From: Gemmata obscuriglobus
GTDB taxonomy: Bacteria; Planctomycetota; Planctomycetia; Gemmatales; Gemmataceae
Assembly (NCBI RefSeq): GCF_008065095.1
Contig: NZ_CP042911.1
Span: 8,967,202 to 8,999,201, forward strand
DNA: 32,000 bases
Direction: 5' to 3'
Shown piece after piece: positions 24,510 through 32,000 of the stretch. The stretch's first letter is position 1. The number at the start of each line of letters is the position of its first letter. Under the pieces are notes generated by a model. That model did not search any database, had not been told where the DNA came from, and saw only the letters and a program-made list of their open reading frames with translations. The position numbers and the translations under genes are program-made.

Positions 24510-25931
24510 TTACGCCACGGGCATCGGGTCGGCGTGGTAGAGGTGGTGCGGGCGGTTCTCCGCGTCGTGCCACGCCGCCGTCTTCGGCAACCCCAGTGCG
24601 CTATAAATGGTCGCCGCGAAGTTTTCCGGCGTCTGCGGATCGGTCGCCGGGAAGCCGCCGTTCTTGTCCGATGAGCCCACCACGCGCCCTCCGCTCACTC
24701 CGCCGCCCGCGAGCAGAACCGACTGCACCGCGCCCCAATGGTCACGACCCGGCCCCTTGTAGTGTTGCGTCAAGGTGCTGACGCGCGGGGTGCGCCCGAA
24801 CTCGCCCGCCACCACGACCAGCGTTGAACCGAGCAACCCGCGCTGGTCGAGGTCGGCAATCAGGGCGGACAGCGAGCGATCCGTCGGCGGGAGCAATTTG
24901 TCTTTCAGGTGCGGAAACGCGTTCCCGTGCGTGTCCCAGGTCTCGTTGTTGCCCAGGTTCACCTGAACCAGATTCACCCCGGCTTCGACGAGGCGCGCGG
25001 CCATCAGCAACGACCAGCCGAACGCGTTGTTGCCGTACCGCTCCACGTCCCGCGGGTCCGCCCGCTTCAGATCAAACGCCGCCCGCACCCGGGCGTCGGT
25101 GAGCAGGCTCACGGCGTCGGCGCGCGAGCGGTCGAGCGCGCCCGTGCTGGCGGCCTCGGCTAACGTCTTGCGCTGCCTGTCGAGGTGGGCCAGTACGTCG
25201 AGCCGGTCCGCGAACCGTTCCGCCCCGATCCCCTGCGGCAGGCTCAGGTCGGGCAGAGTAAACCCCTTACGCACAGGCTGAAACGGCCGCTGCTGGTGGT
25301 CGAACTCGTACTCGGGGTACGCACCGTACGCCTTCGGCTCGAACGCGCTGGCTTCGAGGAACCACGGGTCGCGGGCGCGTCCCATGACGCCCGCGAACTG
25401 CCCCGGGATCACCCGACCGGCGTTGTGAACGATCTTGTCCGGCAGCACGAGGGCGGGCGGCAGGTTGTTCCGCGCCCGCGTGACCGCACCGGCGATCGCG
25501 GCGAGGCTCGGGTGATCGGTGGGCTGCGGCTTGCTCGGGTTGAAGCCGACCGGCGCGTCCGAGCGGCCGGTGAGCATGATATGGTGCCCCAGCGAGTGGT
25601 CGTTCGACTTGTGCGTCAGCGAGCGCACGACGCACCACTTGTCCGAGCACGCGGCGAGCTTCGGCAGGTGTTCGGTGACGCGCAGCCCGGGGGTCTTCGT
25701 CGCGGTGGTGCCGAACTCGCCGCGGATCGAATCCGGGGCGTTCGGCTTCGGGTCGAAGCTCTCGTGCTGCGCGAGCCCGCCGGAAAGGAACACGTAAATG
25801 ACCGCCCGCGCCCGCGGGCTCGGTTCCGCGCGGAGCGCACTCAACGGCGACATTCCGAGGCCGAGCAGGCCGACGGCGCCGGCCTGGATCGCGTCGCGGC
25901 GCGTGAGGTGAGGATGGGTGAACGGGGACAT
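24510..25931 (-). CDS. DUF1501 domain protein (sulfatase-like fold) with Tat signal
   Basis: Twin-arginine leader HLTRRDAIQAGAVGLLGLG. Also IYVFLSGGLAQHESFDPKP, VVVAGEFGRTPRV and GRDHW, all typical of DUF1501. Confidence 0.9.
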   Translation of the reverse strand: MSPFTHPHLTRRDAIQAGAVGLLGLGMSPLSALRAEPSPRARAVIYVFLSGGLAQHESFDPKPNAPDSIRGEFGTTATKTPGLRVTEHLPKLAACSDKWCVVRSLTHKSNDHSLGHHIMLTGRSDAPVGFNPSKPQPTDHPSLAAIAGAVTRARNNLPPALVLPDKIVHNAGRVIPGQFAGVMGRARDPWFLEASAFEPKAYGAYPEYEFDHQQRPFQPVRKGFTLPDLSLPQGIGAERFADRLDVLAHLDRQRKTLAEAASTGALDRSRADAVSLLTDARVRAAFDLKRADPRDVERYGNNAFGWSLLMAARLVEAGVNLVQVNLGNNETWDTHGNAFPHLKDKLLPPTDRSLSALIADLDQRGLLGSTLVVVAGEFGRTPRVSTLTQHYKGPGRDHWGAVQSVLLAGGGVSGGRVVGSSDKNGGFPATDPQTPENFAATIYSALGLPKTAAWHDAENRPHHLYHADPMPVA

Positions 25932-26269
25932 GGCGGCGCTCTGACAGGTGGGATCGTTCGACTATCCCGGAACCGCACGGCCGTGTCCAGAGGGTAGCAC
26001 GAATCGAACAGCACTTTCAGCGCCGGGTAGCGACCTGTGCTGAACAGCGTGTGACCGCGCAGGGGCAAATTTTGTTCGATCCCGCTTGACGAAAGTCGTT
26101 TTCTGCCGTCCTATTAAGTCACGGCCGCGGCGCCGAAACGTGTGCTCGCCCTGGGTTCCGATCCGGCGCGGATTGGCGACGGAACTTTTCACCGCGATTC
26201 GCGTCCAACGGAAACACGTCGGTTCGGACCGGCTCCGTCAGCGAACACCCGATTCCAGGATTCGCAGCA

Positions 26270-27100
26270 ATGATACGCATCTCCTCTCCGCGGTTACGGT
26301 CCGCCGGCCGGTTCCTGTGTGCGGCGGCACTGGCACTGGTCGTCACGGCGATGTTCGCGCAACTGGCCCAGGCCCAGGACGCCCCGACGCCGGCGAGCGG
26401 CAAGGAGCAGACCGGCACCGGCCTCATCGTGTTCATGCTCGAGTCTCTCGGGTTCGTGTTCGGCATACCGCTGCTACTCATCTCCCTCGCCATGCTCGCG
26501 CTGGTGGTGCTCCTGTTCCTCGACCTCCGCATGGGCTCCGCCATCCCCCCGGGGTTCGTCGACGAGTTCACCGACATTGTGAACAAGCGCAAATTCAAAG
26601 AGGCATTTGAAATGGCGCGGAACGACCCGTCGTTCCTCGGCCAGGTGCTGACCGCCGGCATGAGCCGCCTCCAGTACGGCCTCGAGGACGCCCGCGAGGC
26701 CGCGATGAACACGCTGGAAAGCATCAAGAGCGACAAGGAGATGAAGAACAACTACAACTCGGTGATCGCGACCGTCGGCCCGATGCTCGGGCTGGTGGGC
26801 ACGGTGTGGGGGATGATCCGGTCGTTCTCCGTGCTCGCGACCGCGACCCAGGTGAACCCCTCGGAGTTGGCCAAGGGCATCTCGCACGCCCTCGTGGTGA
26901 CGCTGTTCGGGGTCGCCATCTCGGTGCCCGCGATCTTCTTCAACGCGTTCTACCGGAACCGCATCACTCGCGTAACGATGGACGTGGGCCACATCGCCGA
27001 CGACCTGCTCACGCAGATGTACCACAACTCGAAGAAGGCCGCGGCCCCGCCGCCCGCGACCCCGGCGCCCGCCAACGGCGCCCCCCCGGCGGCGCGCTAG
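26270..27100 (+). CDS. exbB: MotA/TolQ/ExbB proton-channel family protein
   Basis: ATG at 26270. N-terminal signal-like segment RFLCAAALALVVTAMFAQLAQA. Conserved C-terminal core GPMLGLVGTVWGMIRSF...ISHALVVTLFGVAISVPAIFFNAFYRNR. Confidence 0.9.
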   Translation: MIRISSPRLRSAGRFLCAAALALVVTAMFAQLAQAQDAPTPASGKEQTGTGLIVFMLESLGFVFGIPLLLISLAMLALVVLLFLDLRMGSAIPPGFVDEFTDIVNKRKFKEAFEMARNDPSFLGQVLTAGMSRLQYGLEDAREAAMNTLESIKSDKEMKNNYNSVIATVGPMLGLVGTVWGMIRSFSVLATATQVNPSELAKGISHALVVTLFGVAISVPAIFFNAFYRNRITRVTMDVGHIADDLLTQMYHNSKKAAAPPPATPAPANGAPPAAR

Positions 27101-27187
27101 GACGCCCGGAGCGAGAAGTTAAGGCACGGGCCGGCGGCCCGTAACTCTGGCCCCACGCTCCCCTTCACCCCTCACTGGTCGCCGACC

Positions 27188-27667
27188 ATGAGCCACGGCA
27201 GCAGCGACAAGTGCGAACCGAACTTCACCCCGCTGCTCGACCTCGTGTTGCAGCTCGTGATGTTCTTCATGCTGTGCGCCAACTTCGTCATGGACCAGAC
27301 GAACGTGGACATCAAGCTCCCGCTGGCAACGACCGCCAGGGCGATCGAAGCGACCGAGCCTTACGTGCTTTACCTGAACGTGAACGAAAAGGGGCAGGTG
27401 ATCTACCCGCCGGGCGCGCTGGGCAAGGACGGCGAGTCGTCCGACAACCCGGTCCAGCTCGCGATCTGGCTGAAGCGCCGGGCCGACGAGGACCGGCTCA
27501 TTGCCGGCCCCGGTAACGAGGACAAGCCGCTCCGCACGCTCATCGTGCTGCGGGTTCATAAGGCGTGCCCGTTCGAGAAAACGTACCCGGTCATGAAGGC
27601 GTGCCGCTCCGCGGGGTACCAGCGGGTTCAGTTGCGAGCCATCCTCGCCGGAAGCGGTCCGGGCTGA
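27188..27667 (+). CDS. exbD: ExbD/TolR-family biopolymer transport protein (paralog 1)
   Basis: ATG at 27188. The N-terminal motif and TM EPNFTPLLDLVLQLVMFFML is followed by a periplasmic domain (LYLNVNEKGQV...LIVLRVHKACPFEKTYPVMKACRSAGY). Confidence 0.85.
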   Translation: MSHGSSDKCEPNFTPLLDLVLQLVMFFMLCANFVMDQTNVDIKLPLATTARAIEATEPYVLYLNVNEKGQVIYPPGALGKDGESSDNPVQLAIWLKRRADEDRLIAGPGNEDKPLRTLIVLRVHKACPFEKTYPVMKACRSAGYQRVQLRAILAGSGPG

Positions 27668-27763
27668 CGCGACGTCGGCACACGCTCGCCCGCGAACTGC
27701 CGGCACGTGCGGCGCGCGCCCAGCGAATTAACGCGGGTGCGAAACGAGAAATGAGTTGGCCCC

Positions 27764-28291
27764 ATGTTGAGGCACACACGCAAGCGCACCGGCACCGATT
27801 TCGTCGAGCCGGAGCTGCCGATCACGCCCATGCTGGACATGTCGTTCCAGTTACTGGCGTTCTTTATCCTGACGTTCAAGCCGGCCCCGACCGAGGGCCA
27901 GATCATGCTCTCGCTGCCGAAGGAGGACGGCGGGGGACAGGGCGCCCCGAGCCCGGCCGTGGCCGACGCCCCGGTCCATTACATCGTCCGCGTGCTCGCC
28001 ACCGACGACGGCGACATCGGACAAATGACCCTCAGTCAGGAGGGCAGCGCCGCCGAGCCCAAAGAGCTGAAATCCGGGCTCCACAAGCGCCCGGACGGGT
28101 CGGACATGTCCATGCTCGAGGTGTACCAGAAGGAACTTAGCGACCGGGAGCCGCAGAAGCAGCCGATGAAGCTGACGCTCGAACTCCCGCCGCGGCTGTC
28201 GCAGGACAACGTCGTTCGCCTCGTGGACACCGGAACCAGCGCCGGGTTCACCGACATTTCGCCCGTGCCCATCGACAAAAAGAACCGGTAA
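27764..28291 (+). CDS. exbD: ExbD/TolR-family biopolymer transport protein (paralog 2)
   Basis: ATG at 27764. [22 protein letters not shown], with C-terminal [27 protein letters not shown]. Confidence 0.85.
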   Translation: MLRHTRKRTGTDFVEPELPITPMLDMSFQLLAFFILTFKPAPTEGQIMLSLPKEDGGGQGAPSPAVADAPVHYIVRVLATDDGDIGQMTLSQEGSAAEPKELKSGLHKRPDGSDMSMLEVYQKELSDREPQKQPMKLTLELPPRLSQDNVVRLVDTGTSAGFTDISPVPIDKKNR

Positions 28292-28364
28292 GCTCGGCGC
28301 TCCGATCTCGCCCGAGGCGAAGTGCGAGGGCGACTCGGGGCACACGTTTTGCCCTCCGCATTCC

Positions 28365-28405
28365 GCCCACCGCACTCCCGAACCAGCTCCGGGAGTGCGG
28401 TGGGC
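28365..28405 (+). promoter_or_regulatory. 16-bp perfect stem-loop in the 229-nt exbD2-to-downstream-gene spacer
   Basis: gcccaccgcactcccg at 28365-28380 pairs with cgggagtgcggtgggc at 28390-28405, with a 9-nt loop. No adjacent T-run, so it could be an attenuator, an RNA-processing site or a weak terminator. Confidence 0.45.
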
Positions 28406-28520
28406 CGTTCCGTCCGTCTGATTTCCACTTCAAGAGCAACGGCAGAGGGTGTGGGAACCGGATCGGAACCTGGAACTTCTGCCGGTATTTGTCGTCAAAT
28501 GAGGTGTTGGAGGGGCGCGC

Positions 28521-30059
28521 ATGTCCGCCGGGACCGTGGGAACCGTACCGCTGAAACTCAAGGCCGCCGCGCTCCTCGCGCTCGCGGCGCTGTTCGGCTT
28601 CGCGCCCGGTCCGTTCTCGGCGGTAGACTTCGCGAGCGCCCAGCCCACTAACAACTCAAACACGAGCGGCCAGACCAAGGGGGACGGCGAAAAAGAAACG
28701 CCCAGTGAGGCGGACCTCGACCGGCGCGACCCGGTGCCGGCCGACTCGCCGCGCCGCAAGGGATACGACAAGCTCCGCATCCCAGACACCGACCGCACAA
28801 TCTTCACCGAAATTGTGGACTTCAAACCGGTCGCGGCTCAGGACAAGAACCCGCGCGAGTACGACGCCTGGATCGAGTACGTCCTTCACGCGCGAAAGCA
28901 GAACGCCCGCGACCTCAACGAGCACGGCATCCGCGACCTGGTCCCGCTCGAGTTCGCCAAATTCCCCCGCGCGTACCGAACCGAGCTGATCCGGTTCGAC
29001 GGCAAGCTGAGTTGCGTCCGCCGGTTGGTGCCCCCGCCGCAGTTGCGCAGCTCCGGTGTGAAGGATCTGTACGAAGCCCGCCTCGTGCCGCTCGACGAAT
29101 CGCCGGCCACGCCGGTGTCGGTCGTGTTCACCGACCTGCCGGAGTCGCTCGCCGCGGTGAGCGGCAAGGCGCCCGAGGAGTGGCTCGACGCCGACGGGTG
29201 GGTCACCGCCACCGGGTACTTCTTCAAGACCATGAGCGTCGCGGGCGAACAGGGCAGCGCGGTTGTGAACCTGCCGCTCCTCATCGGGAAGGGGCTCACC
29301 CCGCTCCCCGGGCCGCCCCCGGGAAGCCCGACCCCGACCGCGCTGGACAAGAGCCTGCGGCTCTACAAGTTCATTCAAGACGACGTGAAGATGACCCGCA
29401 CCCGGCCGACCGCGGCCACGTGGCCCGAGGTCGCCGCGTACAACCGGGTCGTGCTGCACGCGGCCCGGTTCTCCGCGGAGGAACTGGAGCGCGACGCGGT
29501 CACCGACGTGCGGTTCGCGGACCTGTTCGAGGAGCCGCGCATCGGGCACCGGCTGTCGCTCGTCAAATTCGAGGGCCGGCTGATTTCGCTGCGGCGCATG
29601 GACTCGAACGACTGGCTCGGCGCCGCCGGCGTGAACCAGCTTTTCGAGGGCTGGCTGATCCCCGATCACGAGCCGCGCGGGAACCCGGTGTGCGTCGTGT
29701 TCAGCGAGCCGCTCGAGGGTGTTGACCCGGCCCGGCGCGTTAACAAGTGGGTGACGTTCGCGGGCTACTCGTTCAAGCGCATGCGGTACGAGTCCGCCGA
29801 GGAGGACGCCAAGAACCCGTCGAAGCACATCGACAAACTCGCCCCGTTACTGATCGGGAAGAGGCCGATCGGGCGCCGCGACCCCGACCACGCGACGCCC
29901 GTGACGTGGAACGCGTTCGCCGAGGGGGCCATCATCGGCGCGGCGCTTTTAATCTTGTGCGCGGGGGTGTTTGCCCTCTGGTACCGCCGCGGCGACCGAC
30001 AGGCCCGGGCGGAAATGGACGCGGTGCGGGGCCGAAATCCGTTCGACCCGGCAGCGTAA
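28521..30059 (+). CDS. hypothetical bitopic membrane protein with an internally duplicated ~145-aa module
   Basis: ATG at 28521 with GGAGG at 28510-28514. N-terminal signal/anchor LKLKAAALLALAALFGF. C-terminal TM AIIGAALLILCAGVFALWY plus a basic tail. Modules at about aa 113-257 and 302-448 share VLHA, R..L..F.G.L...RR, PV.VVF, WVT..GY.FK.M and PLLIGK. No known family recognised. Confidence 0.7.
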   Translation: MSAGTVGTVPLKLKAAALLALAALFGFAPGPFSAVDFASAQPTNNSNTSGQTKGDGEKETPSEADLDRRDPVPADSPRRKGYDKLRIPDTDRTIFTEIVDFKPVAAQDKNPREYDAWIEYVLHARKQNARDLNEHGIRDLVPLEFAKFPRAYRTELIRFDGKLSCVRRLVPPPQLRSSGVKDLYEARLVPLDESPATPVSVVFTDLPESLAAVSGKAPEEWLDADGWVTATGYFFKTMSVAGEQGSAVVNLPLLIGKGLTPLPGPPPGSPTPTALDKSLRLYKFIQDDVKMTRTRPTAATWPEVAAYNRVVLHAARFSAEELERDAVTDVRFADLFEEPRIGHRLSLVKFEGRLISLRRMDSNDWLGAAGVNQLFEGWLIPDHEPRGNPVCVVFSEPLEGVDPARRVNKWVTFAGYSFKRMRYESAEEDAKNPSKHIDKLAPLLIGKRPIGRRDPDHATPVTWNAFAEGAIIGAALLILCAGVFALWYRRGDRQARAEMDAVRGRNPFDPAA

Positions 30060-30174
30060 GGGCCGGAACACGATCTATTGGTTGAGTGTCGCGAACCACA
30101 TCAGCCCACTTGCCGCTTGTCTTGGTGATCCGGCTGCCGCTTGCCGCCCCGGCGCAGCCCCGAGGAGAACGACC

Positions 30175-31794
30175 GTGAGCGAGAAAAAAGTCAAAGAGCC
30201 GAAGGAGGCGGTGATCCGTCGGGTGGAGTTCGCTGAGGAGACCGCTCAGGAGCGGTTCCTGATGAAGTACGTACCGGCGTGCCTCATGAGCGGCGCGATC
30301 CACGCCGGCGTGCTCGGGCTGGCGATCCTGTTCTTCGGCTTCCGAACCGCCGAAACCAAGCAGCCGGACAAGCCGCTCACCACCACCGCCGAGAAGTCGG
30401 ACGAACCCGAGCAGCTGAACCTCACCACCGACGACCTCGGTGTGGACTCCAAAATCGAATCGGCGCTGCCCGAGATCGATCGGCTCGACACGAAGACGGT
30501 CGACGAAAAGGTCACGATGGACAACATCGGCCAGCCGACCGTTCAGGACAACGACCTCCAGGGCGCGACGCTCCCGGGCATCTCGGACATCCGCGAGTTC
30601 ACCACCCCGGGCGTGGCCGGTGACACCGGCTCGTTCATGACGGGCGGCGGCGGCAACGCCGGGGTCGGCAACGCGATGGTCCAGGGCCGGTCGGGGGCGA
30701 CCAAATCGCGCCTGCTGCGCGAGGGCGGCGGCAACGCGGAGAGCGAGCGCGCCGTGGGGTTGGGGCTGGCGTGGCTGGCCAAGCAGCAAAAGGCGGACGG
30801 CGGGTGGACCTACGACCAGGGCCGCAAGGAGGAGCGCGCCGCCGCCACCGGGATGGCGCTGCTGCCGTTCCTCGCGGCCGGCGTGACCCACAAGAAAAGT
30901 AAGGAGCACGAGCAGAAGAACTACGACCAGGTGGTTCAAAAGGGGTTGGGGTTCCTGATGAAGCTGTGCTCCCCGAGCGGGGCCAGCGCCGGGCGCATGA
31001 GCACCGACGTGTACGCCCAGGGCATCGCCACTATCGCCCTGTGCGAGGCGTACGGAATGACCAAGGACCCGGCCCTCAGGCCGTACGCGCAGGCGTCCAT
31101 CAACTTCATCCAGCGCACCCAGGGGCCGAACGGGAGCTGGGGGTACGGCAACACCGGCAACGGCGACACCTCGATCGTCGGCTGGCAGATCCAGGCGCTC
31201 AAAGCCGCGAAGCTGAGCAAGGAACTGGTGGTCGACGACCGGGTGATCCAGAAGGCCGAGAAGTTCCTCGACCTGGCCGCGGCCGGCTCGCGGAAATCGA
31301 TGTACGGGTACGCCGACAACTCCGACGCCCAACCGGGCACCGCGCGGACCGCGGTCGGCCTGCTGTGCCGGTATTACATCTCGGGATGGGGACCGAACAA
31401 GGACGGCATGATCGACGGCGTCAGCGGGCTGATGAAAGTGGCTCCCCTCTCATCGGCCACCGGAAAGCCGCCCGCTGTTAAAGAGATGTACTACTACTAT
31501 TACGCGACTCAAGTCGTCCACTTCTGCGAGGGTGACGACTGGAAAACGTGGAACGAAGGGCCGAGACAAGCCGACGGCACCCGTAAAGGCGGCATGCGCG
31601 ACTGGCTCGTTCAAACCCAGATCCGGGCCGACACGAACGCGGGGAGTTGGGACATCGAAGACGGCTGGATCGGCCGCGGGTGCGGGCGTCTGGGCACGAC
31701 CTGTATGTGCCTCCTGACGCTCGAGGTCTACTACCGCCACTTGCCGCTCTACAAGCGCGGCGCCGACGGTAAGGCGATCCAAATCATCGATTAG
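30175..31794 (+). CDS. TonB/TolA-like N-terminal anchor fused to a prenyltransferase/squalene-oxidase-repeat (alpha/alpha toroid) domain
   Basis: GTG at 30175 with GAGGAG at 30162-30167; the track ORF start at 29971 overlaps the upstream gene. The TM helix ACLMSGAIHAGVLGLAILFF contains SxxxH (S39, H43). A ~130-aa acidic/Gly-rich linker follows. The C-terminal region has AVGLGLAWLAKQQKADGGW, INFIQRTQGPNGSWGY and DTSIVGWQIQALKAA, repeats typical of terpene-cyclase-like toroids. Confidence 0.8.
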   Translation: MSEKKVKEPKEAVIRRVEFAEETAQERFLMKYVPACLMSGAIHAGVLGLAILFFGFRTAETKQPDKPLTTTAEKSDEPEQLNLTTDDLGVDSKIESALPEIDRLDTKTVDEKVTMDNIGQPTVQDNDLQGATLPGISDIREFTTPGVAGDTGSFMTGGGGNAGVGNAMVQGRSGATKSRLLREGGGNAESERAVGLGLAWLAKQQKADGGWTYDQGRKEERAAATGMALLPFLAAGVTHKKSKEHEQKNYDQVVQKGLGFLMKLCSPSGASAGRMSTDVYAQGIATIALCEAYGMTKDPALRPYAQASINFIQRTQGPNGSWGYGNTGNGDTSIVGWQIQALKAAKLSKELVVDDRVIQKAEKFLDLAAAGSRKSMYGYADNSDAQPGTARTAVGLLCRYYISGWGPNKDGMIDGVSGLMKVAPLSSATGKPPAVKEMYYYYYATQVVHFCEGDDWKTWNEGPRQADGTRKGGMRDWLVQTQIRADTNAGSWDIEDGWIGRGCGRLGTTCMCLLTLEVYYRHLPLYKRGADGKAIQIID

Positions 31795-31816
31795 CAGCTC
31801 TTTTCAACCGGCGATG

Positions 31817-31868
31817 GCGACGCGTGGTGCCGTTTGTGCGCAAACGGCACCACGCGTCGCTGCTTTTT
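31817..31868 (+). terminator. rho-independent terminator
   Basis: Perfect 20-bp stem: gcgacgcgtggtgccgtttg at 31817-31836 pairs with caaacggcaccacgcgtcgc at 31841-31860. The loop is tgcg, and TTTTT follows at 31864-31868. It begins 23 nt after the stop at 31794. Confidence 0.75.
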
Positions 31869-32000
31869 AGCCAGATGCGGTCGTTTCTGCCCTCGCTGCC
31901 ACCTCACATCTTATGGCACATAATCCATTATTTCTTAACGACTTACGACTAAGCTATTGGGCTTTACCGGCAACTCAAAAGTGGGTAAAATACTGACTCA

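Noticed and set aside
26086-26117. Sigma70-like promoter upstream of exbB: TTGACG (26086-26091) and TATTAA (26112-26117).
   Set aside because: The spacing between the hexamers is 20 nt, outside the usual 16-19 nt. Planctomycete promoter consensus is also poorly defined, so this is not reported as a feature.
30742-31794. The squalene-oxidase/prenyltransferase repeats might indicate a sterol or hopanoid cyclase, since Gemmata makes sterols.
   Set aside because: Only one toroid-sized domain (about 350 aa) is present, attached to a TM anchor and a disordered linker. I saw no recognisable cyclase catalytic motif (DCTAE/DxDD-type). The context is exbBD, not isoprenoid genes.
1-32000. Searched by eye for CRISPR arrays, tRNA T-loop motifs (GGTTCGAATCC-like), rRNA, and transposase, integrase or phage genes.
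   Set aside because: None found. The only dispersed-repeat-like element is the palindrome at 3508-3647.

Overview
High-GC window (about two-thirds G+C by eye) carrying 27 protein-coding genes on both strands. I found no rRNA, tRNA, CRISPR array, transposase or integrase. The gene content points to Planctomycetota, probably a Gemmata-like organism: a DUF1559 pseudopilin-like protein, DUF1501, DUF1080, a Pirellula/Verrucomicrobium-type heme-binding dehydrogenase, DUF4058, Uma2 and a secreted LRR protein. Housekeeping genes are interspersed: speA, cysK, a PfkB sugar kinase, an FKBP isomerase, and MATE and MFS transporters. All family calls rest on motifs read from the ORF translations; no database search was run. 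Many ORF-track starts were trimmed to internal ATG/GTG codons that have a Shine-Dalgarno sequence or a signal peptide. The best candidate for an undescribed system is the same-strand cluster at 26270-31868. It encodes ExbB, two ExbD paralogs, a bitopic membrane protein built from two copies of an unrecognised ~145-aa module, and a protein whose N-terminal helix carries the TonB/TolA-type SxxxH motif. That last protein ends in a prenyltransferase/terpene-cyclase-like alpha/alpha toroid rather than a TonB C-terminal domain, and the cluster closes with a strong intrinsic terminator. Other points of interest are a single 757-aa Ser/Thr kinase + receiver + HD-GYP fusion, a perfect 38-bp inverted repeat between convergent genes, a recently homogenised tandem FKBP duplication, an orphan HicB-like antitoxin, and two solitary PD-(D/E)XK-like genes (DUF4058, Uma2).
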